NCBI GenBank assembly: GCA_963706575.1
Contig: CAVPNL010000006.1
Coordinates: 736,001-800,000 of the forward strand
Reading direction: 5' to 3'
Length of the DNA: 64,000 bases
From: an uncultured delta proteobacterium
GTDB lineage: Bacteria > Desulfobacterota > Desulfobacteria > Desulfobacterales > JAHEIW01
Every line of letters starts with the position of its first letter. The first letter of the stretch is position 1. Below the pieces are notes generated by a model. It worked only from the letters and a program-made list of their open reading frames with translations, was not told where the DNA came from and searched no databases. Position numbers and translations under genes: made by a program. Of this stretch, positions 12,093-22,048 are shown piece after piece.

Positions 12093-13847
12093 ATGCCCAA
12101 AATACAAATACTCCCCGAAACGTTATCCAACAAAATTGCGGCCGGTGAGGTGGTTGAACGGCCGGCTTCAGTGGTCAAAGAATTGCTGGAAAATGCGCTG
12201 GATGCCGAAAGCACCCGCATTATCGTAGAAGTCGAAAAAGGCGGCCAGTCCCTGATTCAGGTCTCCGACAATGGCGTCGGCATGAATCACGCGGATGCGC
12301 TTTTAGCCATCGAGCGTTACGCCACCAGCAAAATATCCAGCGATGATGATTTGTTTGCCATCCGCACCCTGGGCTTCAGGGGTGAAGCCCTGCCCAGTAT
12401 TGCCTCGGTATCGCGCTTTCTACTGATTACCCGCGATAAGTCATCAGATGCCGGCACGGAGATCATTGTTGACGGCGGCAAAACAAAAAGTGTCTCTGAG
12501 GTCGGGGCCCCGGTGGGAACCATGATTTCGGTCAAGCAGCTATTTTTTAATACACCGGCCCGCAAAAAATTTTTGAAAACGGTCGGCACCGAGATGAGCC
12601 ACATTGCCGATACCGTTGCCCGCATGGCCCTGGGCCGTCCCGGGGTGCAGTTTCGCCTGAGCCACAACAATAAAACCGTTAAAAGCTGGCCGGCGGTTTC
12701 ACAGCATCTCGACCGGGTGGCGGATGTGCTTGGCAAAGATTCCCGGCCGGATCTGCATGCCATCGAATTTAACCGCAACGGCCTTTCGATATCCGGCTGG
12801 ATCTGTTCTCCGCGGGTGACGCGCCGCACCTCCCGGGGGCTCTATATCTTTGTCAACGGCAGGTTCGTACGCGACCGGACGATCCAGCACGGTATCTTTA
12901 AGGGATTTGCGCAGCGCCTGGTCAAGGGGCAATTCCCCATCGCCGTTGTTTTTATCAAAATTCCCTTTGATCAGGTGGATGTCAACGTGCATCCGACCAA
13001 AAATGAAGTTCGCTTTGTAAACCCGCACGCGGTGCATGAAGCCGTAAAAAGCGCCATCGCCCAGAGGCTGTATGAAGTCGATCGCCTACAATGGGGCCGA
13101 TCAAATTATCCGGCGGCCAATACGACACCCAAATTCGGACAGGTTTCAGAGGCGGTCAAAGGCGATTTCGGATTTCGGATTTCGGATTTCGGAATTAAAA
13201 ACAGAGGACCGAGAACAGCAGCCAGCAGCCAGAGGAACCAGGAGCCGATCTTTGACACCAAAGGCTTTAGCGCTTTAAGGGTGGTCGGCCAGCTGCACAA
13301 CACCTATATTGTGTGTGAATCCGATGCCGGTCTGGTGCTCATCGACCACCACGCCGCCCATGAGCGCATTCTCTATGAACAGCTCCGGCGGCGTGCCGCC
13401 GATCAGCCTTCTGCCGCCCAGAAGCTTGTGGTGCCCGAAACCCTTGAGTTAAATTTCAGCGAAGCCGAGATCCTGGGACAGATGATGTCGGATTTAAAGA
13501 CCCTGGGATTGGAGATTGAACCGTTTGGCAAAAATACCTTTGTCGTCAAGGCGGTACCGCTATTGCTTGCCGGGCGGGACGTCAGACCCCTGATTTATGA
13601 AATCGTTGAGAAAACCGCGGCGGCGGGCGGTTCAGCGGGTTTGAAGGAGGTTCTGGATGAGTGCCGCAGGGTGATGGCCTGCCATGGGGCCATGCGGGCC
13701 AATCAGACGCTTGACGGCCAACAGATCCGGAAGCTGCTTGAGCAGTTGGATGACTGTGAAAACCCGTCCCATTGCCCCCACGGACGGCCCACCTGGGTCC
13801 GCTGGGACCTGGACACCCTGGAAAAATCGTTTAAGCGTGTTGTTTAA
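12093..13847 (+). CDS. mutL: DNA mismatch repair endonuclease MutL
   Basis: IAAGEVVERPASVVKELLENALDA, GFRGEAL, VDVNVHPTKNEVRF, DHHAAHER, ACH and CPHGRP. Confidence 0.97.
   Translation: MPKIQILPETLSNKIAAGEVVERPASVVKELLENALDAESTRIIVEVEKGGQSLIQVSDNGVGMNHADALLAIERYATSKISSDDDLFAIRTLGFRGEALPSIASVSRFLLITRDKSSDAGTEIIVDGGKTKSVSEVGAPVGTMISVKQLFFNTPARKKFLKTVGTEMSHIADTVARMALGRPGVQFRLSHNNKTVKSWPAVSQHLDRVADVLGKDSRPDLHAIEFNRNGLSISGWICSPRVTRRTSRGLYIFVNGRFVRDRTIQHGIFKGFAQRLVKGQFPIAVVFIKIPFDQVDVNVHPTKNEVRFVNPHAVHEAVKSAIAQRLYEVDRLQWGRSNYPAANTTPKFGQVSEAVKGDFGFRISDFGIKNRGPRTAASSQRNQEPIFDTKGFSALRVVGQLHNTYIVCESDAGLVLIDHHAAHERILYEQLRRRAADQPSAAQKLVVPETLELNFSEAEILGQMMSDLKTLGLEIEPFGKNTFVVKAVPLLLAGRDVRPLIYEIVEKTAAAGGSAGLKEVLDECRRVMACHGAMRANQTLDGQQIRKLLEQLDDCENPSHCPHGRPTWVRWDLDTLEKSFKRVV
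13164..13191 (+). repeat. Perfect (GATTTCG)4 heptamer tandem repeat inside the mutL linker
   Basis: ggc-gatttcg-gatttcg-gatttcg-gatttcg-gaatt, translated DFGFRISDFG. Confidence 0.9.
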
Positions 13848-14126
13848 ATCAAGGAGCTTGCATGGTTGTCGATGCTTTAAAATAAATTGTGGCAATAGGG
13901 TGCCGAACGTTAAAAGCGGTAAAAAAATTATCACGAAAGCACGAAATTTTGTTTTTTTCGTGTTTTAATTCTTTCGTGCTTAAAGATCACTTTTTATCGC
14001 CATATTTTATTCCAGCGGGACTTCACTTCGAAGGGATAATGCGCCGCTATCAGAGATTTTTATTTTGATGTTCATGATAAGTGGATTTTCAATAATTTAA
14101 AAGGCTTAAATAAATCGCAAAAAAGC

Positions 14127-14155
14127 TTGACAACGCCCCTGTATCATTCTATGAT
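14127..14155 (+). promoter_or_regulatory. Sigma-70-type promoter of the porin gene
   Basis: TTGACA (14127-14132), 17 bp spacer, TATGAT (14150-14155); AT-rich upstream. Confidence 0.8.
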
Positions 14156-14379
14156 TTATGGAATTTCCATGTTCGGCATCAGTATATCGTCAGGCTGCAA
14201 GGGGACCTATGGAAAACGGTTCATATAATCCCTCTGATGCCGGCCAAATATCGCGCGGGAAGGAGGTGAAACCGCACCGATTCAGCATTCAGCGCAGCAC
14301 AGGAAATTATTAGGCAATGTGATTTAATTATTAGGCAAAAGCGTTAAACTTTAATTATCCGTTAAGGAGGAAAATTAAG

Positions 14380-15519
14380 ATGAAGAAACTTATTTTGGCT
14401 ATTGCTGCATTGGCCCTGATTGCTTCACCGGCCATGGCATTGGAGTGGGACTTTTACGGCAGCGCCCGTGTTCAGACATCGTATCATACGTGGGACTCAA
14501 AAGATGCGACCGACAACACATTTCAAGATGGTGCCTGGAGAAGCCAGACTGGTACATCATGAACCAGATTTCAGTCAAGACGATGATGACTACGGGCTGT
14601 ACTGGGATATTGCTGGGAACCTCCCGTGTTGGCGCGAGAGTCAAGGGTGATCCCGTCCAGGGACGCTTCGAGTTCAACAACGGCGTCGGCACCCGGCTGC
14701 TCTGGGGCCAGTGGAAGATTAACTCGGGCCTCAGGCTGCGCGTCGGTCAGAGACTGGCGTCCGCTGAACTATTTTTACAGTGGTCAACAGGTTAACGATG
14801 CCGGCATGGCCGGTCCGGAAGGTGCGGGCGGTGTCATTTCCCACCGCGATGCGCAGCTCAAGCTGATCATCGGCGAGGGCCAAAACCTGCATATCGCCTT
14901 CGTTGAGCCTCAACTCAATGCAGATATTGGCAATGCAGACAGTCGATTACTACATGCCCATCATCGAGGCCAATTATCACTTTGCAGCCGATGCGTTCTT
15001 CTTCGATGTCGGCGGTGCTTTTGCGAGCTATGACATGGAAGGTGATGGAACTACCGCTTCACCCGACGACAAGCTTAACGCCTGGATAGTCACCGCCGGC
15101 GGCGGATTCAATATGGGTCCGGCATATATCAAAGCCAACGTCGGTTACGGTCTTAATATTAACGATCTGGGTATGGTTACCAACAGGGCTGAATGATAGG
15201 AACACCGGCGAAGGCCAATGCTGATGGCGAATGGGATGATAACGATACCCTACTTCTGTTAGGTGTTGTCGGCATGCGTTTTACCGATCAGCTGGCTGTC
15301 GAGGGCGGTGTCGGCTATGAAAACACCGAGGATGATGTCAAGGGCCCGTGGTAATAAAGACGACGAAACCATGGCTGTTTATGCGCACCTGAACTAGACC
15401 GCTGCACCGGGTGTCTCCATCATTCCGGAAATCGGCTATATCGATCTGATGGACAATGCCAACGGTACTGAGGAAGGTGATCGACCTATTTCAGTGTCAA
15501 ATGGCAGATCGACTTCTAA
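14380..15519 (+). CDS. Outer-membrane beta-barrel porin; split by several indels
   Basis: AAGGAGG RBS; signal peptide MKKLILAIAALALIASPAMA then EWDFYGSARV; alternating beta-strand pieces; ends KWQIDF with C-terminal Phe, TAA at 15517-15519. Confidence 0.8.
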
Positions 15520-15562
15520 AAAGCGTCTTTAGTTTCAGCGCTGTTTAGAAGGCAATGAGCAC

Positions 15563-15596
15563 AAAGCCCGGGGTATTTTTACCCCGGGCTTTTTTT
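15563..15596 (+). terminator. Rho-independent terminator after the porin
   Basis: aaagcccggggta-ttt-taccccgggc-ttttttt. Confidence 0.9.
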
Positions 15597-15708
15597 GTGT
15601 ATTGTGTACGCTTGGCAGGGTGCCAGCATCCGTTTTTCTGTTAAGCCTTTTTGGTTTCCTCACGCCCCCGCTGACCCGGAACTCTGCAACATGAAAAAGG
15701 AAGATTTA

Positions 15709-15874
15709 CTAGTTTTGTGTCCTACAAATAGGTTACAAAATGATTGTCACTCCCGCGCAGGCGGGAGTCCAGTTCAAAGAAGTCTGGATTCCCGCCTGCG
15801 CGGGAATGACGGGCGGATAGCAAGCCTCAGTATTTAACAATATTTTAGACAATATTTCTGGGACACAATCCTAG
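15709..15874. mobile_element. CTAG-bounded MITE-like shell containing an empty REP pair
   Basis: ctagttttgtgtcc ... ggacacaatcctag; inner gtcactcccgcgcaggcgggagtcca / tggattcccgcctgcgcgggaatgac (15746-15810). Confidence 0.7.
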
Positions 15875-15904
15875 AATTTTTATCCGGCGCACACTTGAGC
15901 GGTG

Positions 15905-17569
15905 TTAATCCGGCAGGCCGTAGGCGATGATACGGCTTTTCGCGTCGGTCAGGACGGTGGTTCCCTCACTCATGACCAGGGCCGCGATCAGTACCGGCTG
16001 CCCGTTGTTGTTAAAATCACCGACGGCGAAATCTCGGATGAATCCTGAAATTTGATGCGTCTTCCAGATCGGTCTCAGACCGAACCCATCCCAGGCCCAT
16101 GATTGGATGTGCGTTTTTGTGAATTTGCGGAACTTCTCCAGTTTTGCTGAAAGCAATATCATGATTTTTAACGGCAATGACCTCGCTGTCGTTTCCGGTC
16201 TTGTTTTTGCGGACAACGATCCGCATGGGATAATATTTCGGGTTGGTGATGCCTCCCAGATTGTCTCGCGGGAGCTGATAGTAAAGCGTGCTGCCCCCGA
16301 AACGCTCGGCTACCTTCCAGAGCACTTTGCCGCCGGATCGATAATCTGAAGATAGTCGGATTCGTTGTAAGCAACGGCTGTTTCCTCGCCGTCATTGGTG
16401 ACGTCACCGAGCGCAAGCCCCAGCACATTGACGGCGGCACGGACCTTTATCGTGTCCGAGGGAACGTATTCATGGCCCTGCCAGATCATTTCGTAAATGT
16501 CATCGGAAAACGCATTGTCGTATTTGTGTTTCTGCCCAAGCAAAATTTTGCCTCTCGACGACGGATCGGCTACGCGAAAATACCAGCGGGCATTCTCGAC
16601 GATTTTATCGAAACCCTTGCCGCTATATTCCAGCACAAAGGAAGTGAGCGTGTTTCGCTGAAGGTTGAGGCTGGTTACAAAAATCTCAGCAGGCCCGTTT
16701 CCATTGATGTCGGCGACATCCACCCCGATATGATAGTTACCCTTGTCTTCGTCGGCTTCATGGACCTTAAAAAATTTTCCGTCTTCGAAGCGGTAAACCA
16801 TCACCGAATGGGGCGTCACCACCACGGTTTCTGTTTTGCCGTCGCCGTCCACATCTCCCATGGCAAGGCCGTTGATGAGGTACTTAAAACTGGCGCTGCG
16901 CCAGAATCCTCGAGACTCTTTTTCCTCGCCCATCATGATAATGGGACCCCCTTCGCCTTCTGCGCCGCGCCCTTTCAAAAGCTTTTCAGGGTGAGCATGG
17001 GTATCATCTTTTGGAGTCGATTCAGATACTTTAGCCGGCGGTGCTGTTTTTGAGGCCGCTTCTGCCTGCCGGCCGAAAACATTGGCATTGATCTCTACCG
17101 CGATCTGGTTGATTTTGGTAATGACCCCGCCCAGGTCCTGGCTTTGTTCAAAAAAGCTCGTGGTGGGCGTATTTCCGGAAACATCCACCATTTTGCTATC
17201 AATGCTGATGCTGTCGCCAAAAACGGTTAAACTGCCAAACAGGGTGTAATCCGCATTTAATTGCGAACCGATTTTGCGGGCCAGAAGCTCATCAACGGCA
17301 GCGGGGCCACCCAGCGCCTCGACCGCGCTTTCGGCCTCCTGCCGGCCGATCACGACCACCTCGCCCTCTTTTGACAGGCGTGATGTGAGCATGTCAAAGA
17401 TGCCGTTTTGCAAAAATGTCATATCCTTTTCGGCATTGATCTTAAACGGCAGCAGGGCGATGCGTTTGGGTTCGGCGGCATCCGAAAAGCTGATGGTTAA
17501 CGTTGTTAATGCGATAAAACCGATTAACATAAAATAAATGATTTTAAATTTTTGTGACTCGCGTAGCAT
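15905..17569 (-). CDS. Exported FG-GAP/VCBS-repeat protein with N-terminal TolB-like domain; two frameshifts
   Basis: Signal peptide, RIALLPFKINA; repeats GDVDGDGKTE, ADINGNGPAEI, GDVTNDGEE and GDFNNNG across ORF pieces. Confidence 0.8.
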
Positions 17570-17634
17570 ATTGCCTCTTAAGTTTTTGGGCTATTCGGTT
17601 GTCGTTTTAAATAGTTGCCGGCTGGCGTAATCGG

Positions 17635-17808
17635 GTCATTCCCGCGAAAGACTGTGTCATAATTCGAAAAGTATTCAATTGTTGTCATGCCGGGCTTGAT
17701 CCGGCATCCAGGACTGACCCTGAATCAATGGATTCCGGGTCAAGTCCGGAATGACAAAATAGAATATGATGTTTCATCAATTGGACACAGTCGGAAAGCG
17801 GGAATCCA
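17635..17808. repeat. REP hairpin interrupted in its loop by a GACTGTGTC...GACACAGTC element that carries another REP pair
   Basis: gtcattcccgcgaaa | gactgtgtcataatt...gtcatgccgggcttgatccggcatcca...tggattccgggtcaagtccggaatgac...aattggacacagtc | ggaaagcgggaatcca. Confidence 0.8.
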
Positions 17809-17810
17809 GC

Positions 17811-18104
17811 TTATTGGCAAATTTCTTCAAATAAATCATTCCATTGAGGATTCATTTTTTCTATTAACTGTAATTTCCAAGCTCTTCGCCATTTTTTTAT
17901 TCGTTTTTCTCTGGCAATTGCACTTTCAACGTTGTCGTGGACTTCATAATATAAGAGCGTTTTTACATTCTATTTTTGAGTGAAGCCTTCGATTATATTG
18001 TTCTTATGCTGCCATACGCTTTGGATCAGATTGGAAGTTATCCCCGTGTATAATGTGCCATTGCGCTTGCTCGCCAATATATACACGTAAAATTGTTTAT
18101 TCAC
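17811..18104 (-). pseudogene. GIY-YIG nuclease (UPF0213/YhbQ-like) pseudogene, absent from the ORF track
   Basis: Manual translation: VNKQFYVYILASKRNGTLYTGITSNLIQSVWQHKNNIIEGFTQK*NVKTLLYYEVHDNVESAIAREKRIKKWRRAWKLQLIEKMNPQWNDLFEEICQ; in-frame TAG at 17970-17972. Confidence 0.9.
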
Positions 18105-18121
18105 GCTTATCTTGTTCTTTC

Positions 18122-18147
18122 TGGATTCCCGCCTTCGCGGGAATGAC
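18122..18147. repeat. REP hairpin, inverted partner of the 17635-17808 REP
   Basis: tggattcccgccttcgcgggaatgac. Confidence 0.85.
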
Positions 18148-18246
18148 AGAGTTTTTTATTATGGCTCACGAAAGCGTTTTGTTGATCTCGGTATATAATT
18201 TTCACCTCATCCTTCACAATTCTATAAAAGCAGCCGGCAGCGGCGA

Positions 18247-19677
18247 TTACGTCTCAAGCTTCTTTTTCAATATGTCATTCACCAATTTCGGGTTCGCTTT
18301 GCCGCGGGTTTCTTTCATCACCTGCCCGACGAAAAATCCCAGTAATTTTGTTTTGCCGTTGCGGTAGGCCTCGACTTCCTTTGAGCAGCCGGCAAGGACC
18401 TTCAAGATAATATCTTCGATGGCGCTTGAATCGGATATCTGTACCAGCCCTTTTTCTTCAACGATCTGCTGCGGCGGTTTACCCGATTCGGCCATTTCAT
18501 CAAACACGGTCTTGGCGATTTTACCACTGATGGTCCCATCGTCAATGAGCTTAAGGAGCCCGGCCAGGTCCGGGGCGGATATGGGCGATTGATCGATGGA
18601 TTTTCCGTTGGCATTTAGCAGGCCCAGCAATGATCCCATGATCCAGTTGCTGACCGGTTTGGGCTGATTAAAGCCCTGTAAACACTTCTCGAAATATTCC
18701 CCCAATTCCCGGTCAGAAGTTAAGATTTCGGCGTCATATGACGGCAGGCTGTATTCGATCATAAAGCGTTTCTTTTTTTCGGCCGGCATTTCGGGCAGAT
18801 TCTTTGCGACCGTTTCGATCCAACCCTTATCGATCACCAGCGGCAGAAGATCCGGATCCGGAAAGTATCGATAATCATGGGCTTCCTCTTTGCCGCGCAT
18901 AGAATCGGTTCGGCTTCTGTCGGGATCCCACAGACGTGTTTCCTGGACGACCGTGCCGCCGTCAACCACGATTTCCTTCTGGCGGTTGATTTCATACTGC
19001 AGCGCTTTTTCCACATGCTTAAAAGAGTTGAGGTTTTTTATTTCGGACCGCGTGCCGAAGGTTTCCGAGCCCTGCGGCCGAATGGACACATTGGCATCGC
19101 AGCGGAAACTGCCCTCCTCCAGGTTGCCGTCACAGATACCGAGATAACGGACGATGGATCGCAGCTGTCGCAGATAAGCCCCTGCCGCTTCCGGGGATCG
19201 AATATCGGGCTCACTGACGATTTCGATCAGCGGCACACCGGTGCGGTTAAAATCCACCATGCTGACGGGCCGGCCGGTGTCATGATCCAATTTGCCGGCA
19301 TCTTCCTCCATGTGGATGCGGGTAATGCCGATTCGGTGATGGCCTCCGTCGACCTCAATATCTACATATCCGTGCCGGGCAATGGGAAGTTCATATTGTG
19401 AGATCTGGTAGCCTTTCGGCAAATCCGGGTAAAAATAATTTTTGCGGGCAAAGCGACTTTCAGATTCTATTTTACACCCCGTGGCAAGGGCCATTCGCAT
19501 CGTATACTCCACCACTTTTTTGTTCAACACCGGCAACACACCCGGCATTCCCAGACACACCGGGCAGGTATGAGTATTGGGCGGGGCGCCAAATGCGGTC
19601 GAGCAGGAACAAAAAATCTTGCTTTTTGTTTTTAGCTGGGCATGGACTTCAAGCCCGATAACCGCTTCAAATTCCAT
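18247..19677 (-). CDS. gatB: Asp/Glu-tRNA amidotransferase subunit B
   Basis: [47 protein letters not shown] and GFFVGQVMK. Confidence 0.97.
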   Translation of the reverse strand: MEFEAVIGLEVHAQLKTKSKIFCSCSTAFGAPPNTHTCPVCLGMPGVLPVLNKKVVEYTMRMALATGCKIESESRFARKNYFYPDLPKGYQISQYELPIARHGYVDIEVDGGHHRIGITRIHMEEDAGKLDHDTGRPVSMVDFNRTGVPLIEIVSEPDIRSPEAAGAYLRQLRSIVRYLGICDGNLEEGSFRCDANVSIRPQGSETFGTRSEIKNLNSFKHVEKALQYEINRQKEIVVDGGTVVQETRLWDPDRSRTDSMRGKEEAHDYRYFPDPDLLPLVIDKGWIETVAKNLPEMPAEKKKRFMIEYSLPSYDAEILTSDRELGEYFEKCLQGFNQPKPVSNWIMGSLLGLLNANGKSIDQSPISAPDLAGLLKLIDDGTISGKIAKTVFDEMAESGKPPQQIVEEKGLVQISDSSAIEDIILKVLAGCSKEVEAYRNGKTKLLGFFVGQVMKETRGKANPKLVNDILKKKLET

Positions 19678-19747
19678 TGGCCGTCCCTGGTTAAGATTAT
19701 TCGCAATAACACACAGCCGCTAAATCTGTATGATTAGACCCTAATAG

Positions 19748-20710
19748 TCAAGCGATTTCCGCCGGAGAAAAAAACTTAAAAAAATGCTGCATGATAAATT
19801 TTACGGTCTGCTTATTGACGTGAAAATTCTGACGACCCTCGGAAAAATACGTCAGTCCGCTGAGGGGCTGGTAAATGGTAGCCATTTCAAAAGCCGGGAA
19901 ATAAAAAACATTTTCATGACGTACGGTAAATTCGTCGGCCACCGCCCGCAGGGTCGCTTTGGAATTGCAGCTGGCGCTGATAACATCGATGTCCTGGCGG
20001 AAAGTTGCCCAGAGGTTTACCGGCGATACGGTTATCAAAATTTTGCAATCCGGGTTTCTGGCGGCCATAATTTCATGGATGCGTTCCAGATTCTTGAGGT
20101 TATCCTCGTACCGGCTGACGCGGAAGCGGTAGCGGCTCATGTCTCCGCCTTCTTTTACATATGGTCCGGCCGGCAGACAAATCACCGCGCCGTCGATGGT
20201 GTCCTGCCAGATTTCGGTCAGACCCAGCGTTAAAATTAAAACTTCGGCTTTTTCAAGGGCCCTTCGAGAATGGATTCGATGTTGTTCAAAATCTTCTTCG
20301 GCTGCCCTGAGATTGTCGTACAATATGACCCTGCGGTAAGGGTCCTGGATTTTCTTTGATTCCGGGGCGAGCCACCATCTCAGATCCGGATTCCAGTGCT
20401 CAAAGGTGTACTCAAAAATTTGGCGCATGCAATGCGTGCTGTAAACCCGCTCCCAGGCTGCACTGGCGTGGAGGGATGCCGGATGATAGGTTTCTTCCGT
20501 GATGTAGTTGTAGTCGCGCTGAATGAGGCGGCGCTTGATTTCGCGCGCAAAACAGGAACCCATGGATGCGATGGGCGTTGACGGTGAAATCGTAAACCGG
20601 CCCGCTTCGGGTGCGGGGAAATTGCCGTCCACCGGTGGATTTTCAAAAGAGCCCGGCCAGACCTGCCACTTTTCAAACCGATGTCCGGGATGTGCATCTG
20701 AACGTGCCAT
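19748..20710 (-). CDS. GSCFA-domain protein (SGNH-like)
   Basis: SMGSCFA, ILTLGLTEIW, ITVSPV, SKATLRA and YFPAFE motifs. Confidence 0.9.
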   Translation of the reverse strand: MARSDAHPGHRFEKWQVWPGSFENPPVDGNFPAPEAGRFTISPSTPIASMGSCFAREIKRRLIQRDYNYITEETYHPASLHASAAWERVYSTHCMRQIFEYTFEHWNPDLRWWLAPESKKIQDPYRRVILYDNLRAAEEDFEQHRIHSRRALEKAEVLILTLGLTEIWQDTIDGAVICLPAGPYVKEGGDMSRYRFRVSRYEDNLKNLERIHEIMAARNPDCKILITVSPVNLWATFRQDIDVISASCNSKATLRAVADEFTVRHENVFYFPAFEMATIYQPLSGLTYFSEGRQNFHVNKQTVKFIMQHFFKFFSPAEIA

Positions 20711-20789
20711 TATTTTTTCCTTAATCTGGATATAATTGAGGTCAAAAGCGATAATCTAATAATAAGTCAGAAAGCAGTCTTTTGCGAGA

Positions 20790-20900
20790 GTGTGTTTCGT
20801 ATTTAGTGTTTGGTGTTTAGTATTCCAACATGCCGATATAGCATCACCTATTTCATACCATAAACCAAACACCAAAAACCAAACACGAAACACCAATCAC
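20790..20900. repeat. Inverted heptamer array element, copy 3 (spacer A)
   Basis: gtgtgtttcgtatttagtgtttggtgtttagt / attccaacatgccgatatagcatcacctatttcata / ccataaaccaaacaccaaaaaccaaacacgaaacacc; preceded by aagtcagaaagcagtctttt like copies 1 and 4. Confidence 0.88.
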
Positions 20901-21118
20901 TTTATAACAAATTGATGGCATATATGAAAGCCCCCGGGGATCAGACTGGAGAAGGTGCCTTGCATCTTTAAGCGCCTTGAACCGGTATATTGAAATAAAT
21001 GTTGTAATTTCAGATTATTACATAATTTCCTGCCATTTTTACAAAATTATTCATCATCTCTTGCCGCGGTAAGGTTTCAAAATAATTTTGCGTTTTATGG
21101 TTCCCATCCAGCCATTTC

Positions 21119-21148
21119 TTGACAAGATCCACCGGGTTCTTTTATATT
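21119..21148 (+). promoter_or_regulatory. Putative sigma-70 promoter
   Basis: TTGACA, 18 bp spacer, TATATT upstream of the acyltransferase. Confidence 0.45.
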
Positions 21149-21185
21149 TATACATTTATATGCTACCGTCTGGCGGGATAATTTT

Positions 21186-21734
21186 ATGGGACTTGAAAAC
21201 CATACGACAATGACAGCGGCCCAGCTGGAGGCGGGTATTGCCGAAGCCAGAAGATATCCGCATGCCCATGTGCATAAAGGTGATTTAATCATCTCCCCCG
21301 AGGCCTTTGAGTCACCGGGAAGAGAAACCAATTTGATTATCAGCCGATTTGCCATTATCGATTGTACCGGGTCTGTCCGTATCGGCCCCTGGTGCAATAT
21401 ATCGGCGCGTACCCGGGTTTATACCCATGACCACATTCATATGGGCAGAACACCGCTTTTCGAAACAGAGGCCAGGTACGGGGTTTTGTGGCAGGACAAA
21501 ACCATCGGTGCCGATGTCTGGTTGCATGACGGCTCGATCGTGCTTTATCAGGTAACCCATATACCGGACGGGGTCGTTTTAGGCGCAGGGTCTGTATTAA
21601 CCAAAAATCCGGGACCTTATGAAATTTGGGCCGGGGCACCGGCTAAAAAAATCGGTGTGAGAAATGACGTGGCCTCCGAAGCCATCGAAAACCTGCTTGA
21701 ACAAAACAGTCGCAGGTTGCCGGAGCAGCGTTAA
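21186..21734 (+). CDS. Hexapeptide-repeat (LbH) acyltransferase
   Basis: IIDCTGSVRIG, VYTHDH, IGADVWL, VVLGAGSVLTK and IWAGAPAKKIG. Confidence 0.85.
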   Translation: MGLENHTTMTAAQLEAGIAEARRYPHAHVHKGDLIISPEAFESPGRETNLIISRFAIIDCTGSVRIGPWCNISARTRVYTHDHIHMGRTPLFETEARYGVLWQDKTIGADVWLHDGSIVLYQVTHIPDGVVLGAGSVLTKNPGPYEIWAGAPAKKIGVRNDVASEAIENLLEQNSRRLPEQR

Positions 21735-21786
21735 TGCAGGCATATTCAGTATGTTTCACGACGAAGGGCAAAAAGTTCACAAAGTT

Positions 21787-21934
21787 TTAGAAGTGGTTTC
21801 AAAACCCCATCTAATGTCTGATAGCTGCGTTGCAGACCTCTTTAAAATGCTCACATACTATACGTATGCTGCGCTTTTTCATCGGTCTGCGCCTTGCTCT
21901 CAAACATGATCTGAGGTTTTGAAACCACTTCTAA
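21787..21934. repeat. 148 bp palindromic element with a perfect 20 bp terminal IR and CATAC-n-GTATG core
   Basis: ttagaagtggtttcaaaacc ... ggttttgaaaccacttctaa; core aatgctcacatac-tatac-gtatgctgcgctttt; flanked by cacgacgaag/cttcgtgg 9-mer-type arms. Confidence 0.85.
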
Positions 21935-22048
21935 TAATATTGATTTATTGCTTTCTTCGCGTTCTTCGTGGTTTTATATTTATTTCGTACAGGGTTAAAG
22001 ACGACTTCGGGTTGGAATTTTAGACAACACTTTTGATTGGAAGCGTGG

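Noticed and set aside
13345..13368. MutL motif DHHAAHER instead of the usual DQHAAHER
   Set aside because: It is a single-base difference in an error-prone assembly with the metal ligands retained, so it cannot be interpreted.
17970..17972. Pyrrolysine or stop-codon recoding at the GIY-YIG in-frame TAG
   Set aside because: Many genes here end in TAG, the position is normally Tyr, and the catalytic Arg is also lost; pseudogenisation is simpler.
18247..19677. gatB separated from and opposite to gatCA
   Set aside because: Split gatCA/gatB arrangements are common and not notable.
20925..21100. Possible riboswitch in the divergent GSCFA/acyltransferase intergenic region
   Set aside because: No recognisable aptamer consensus was found by eye.
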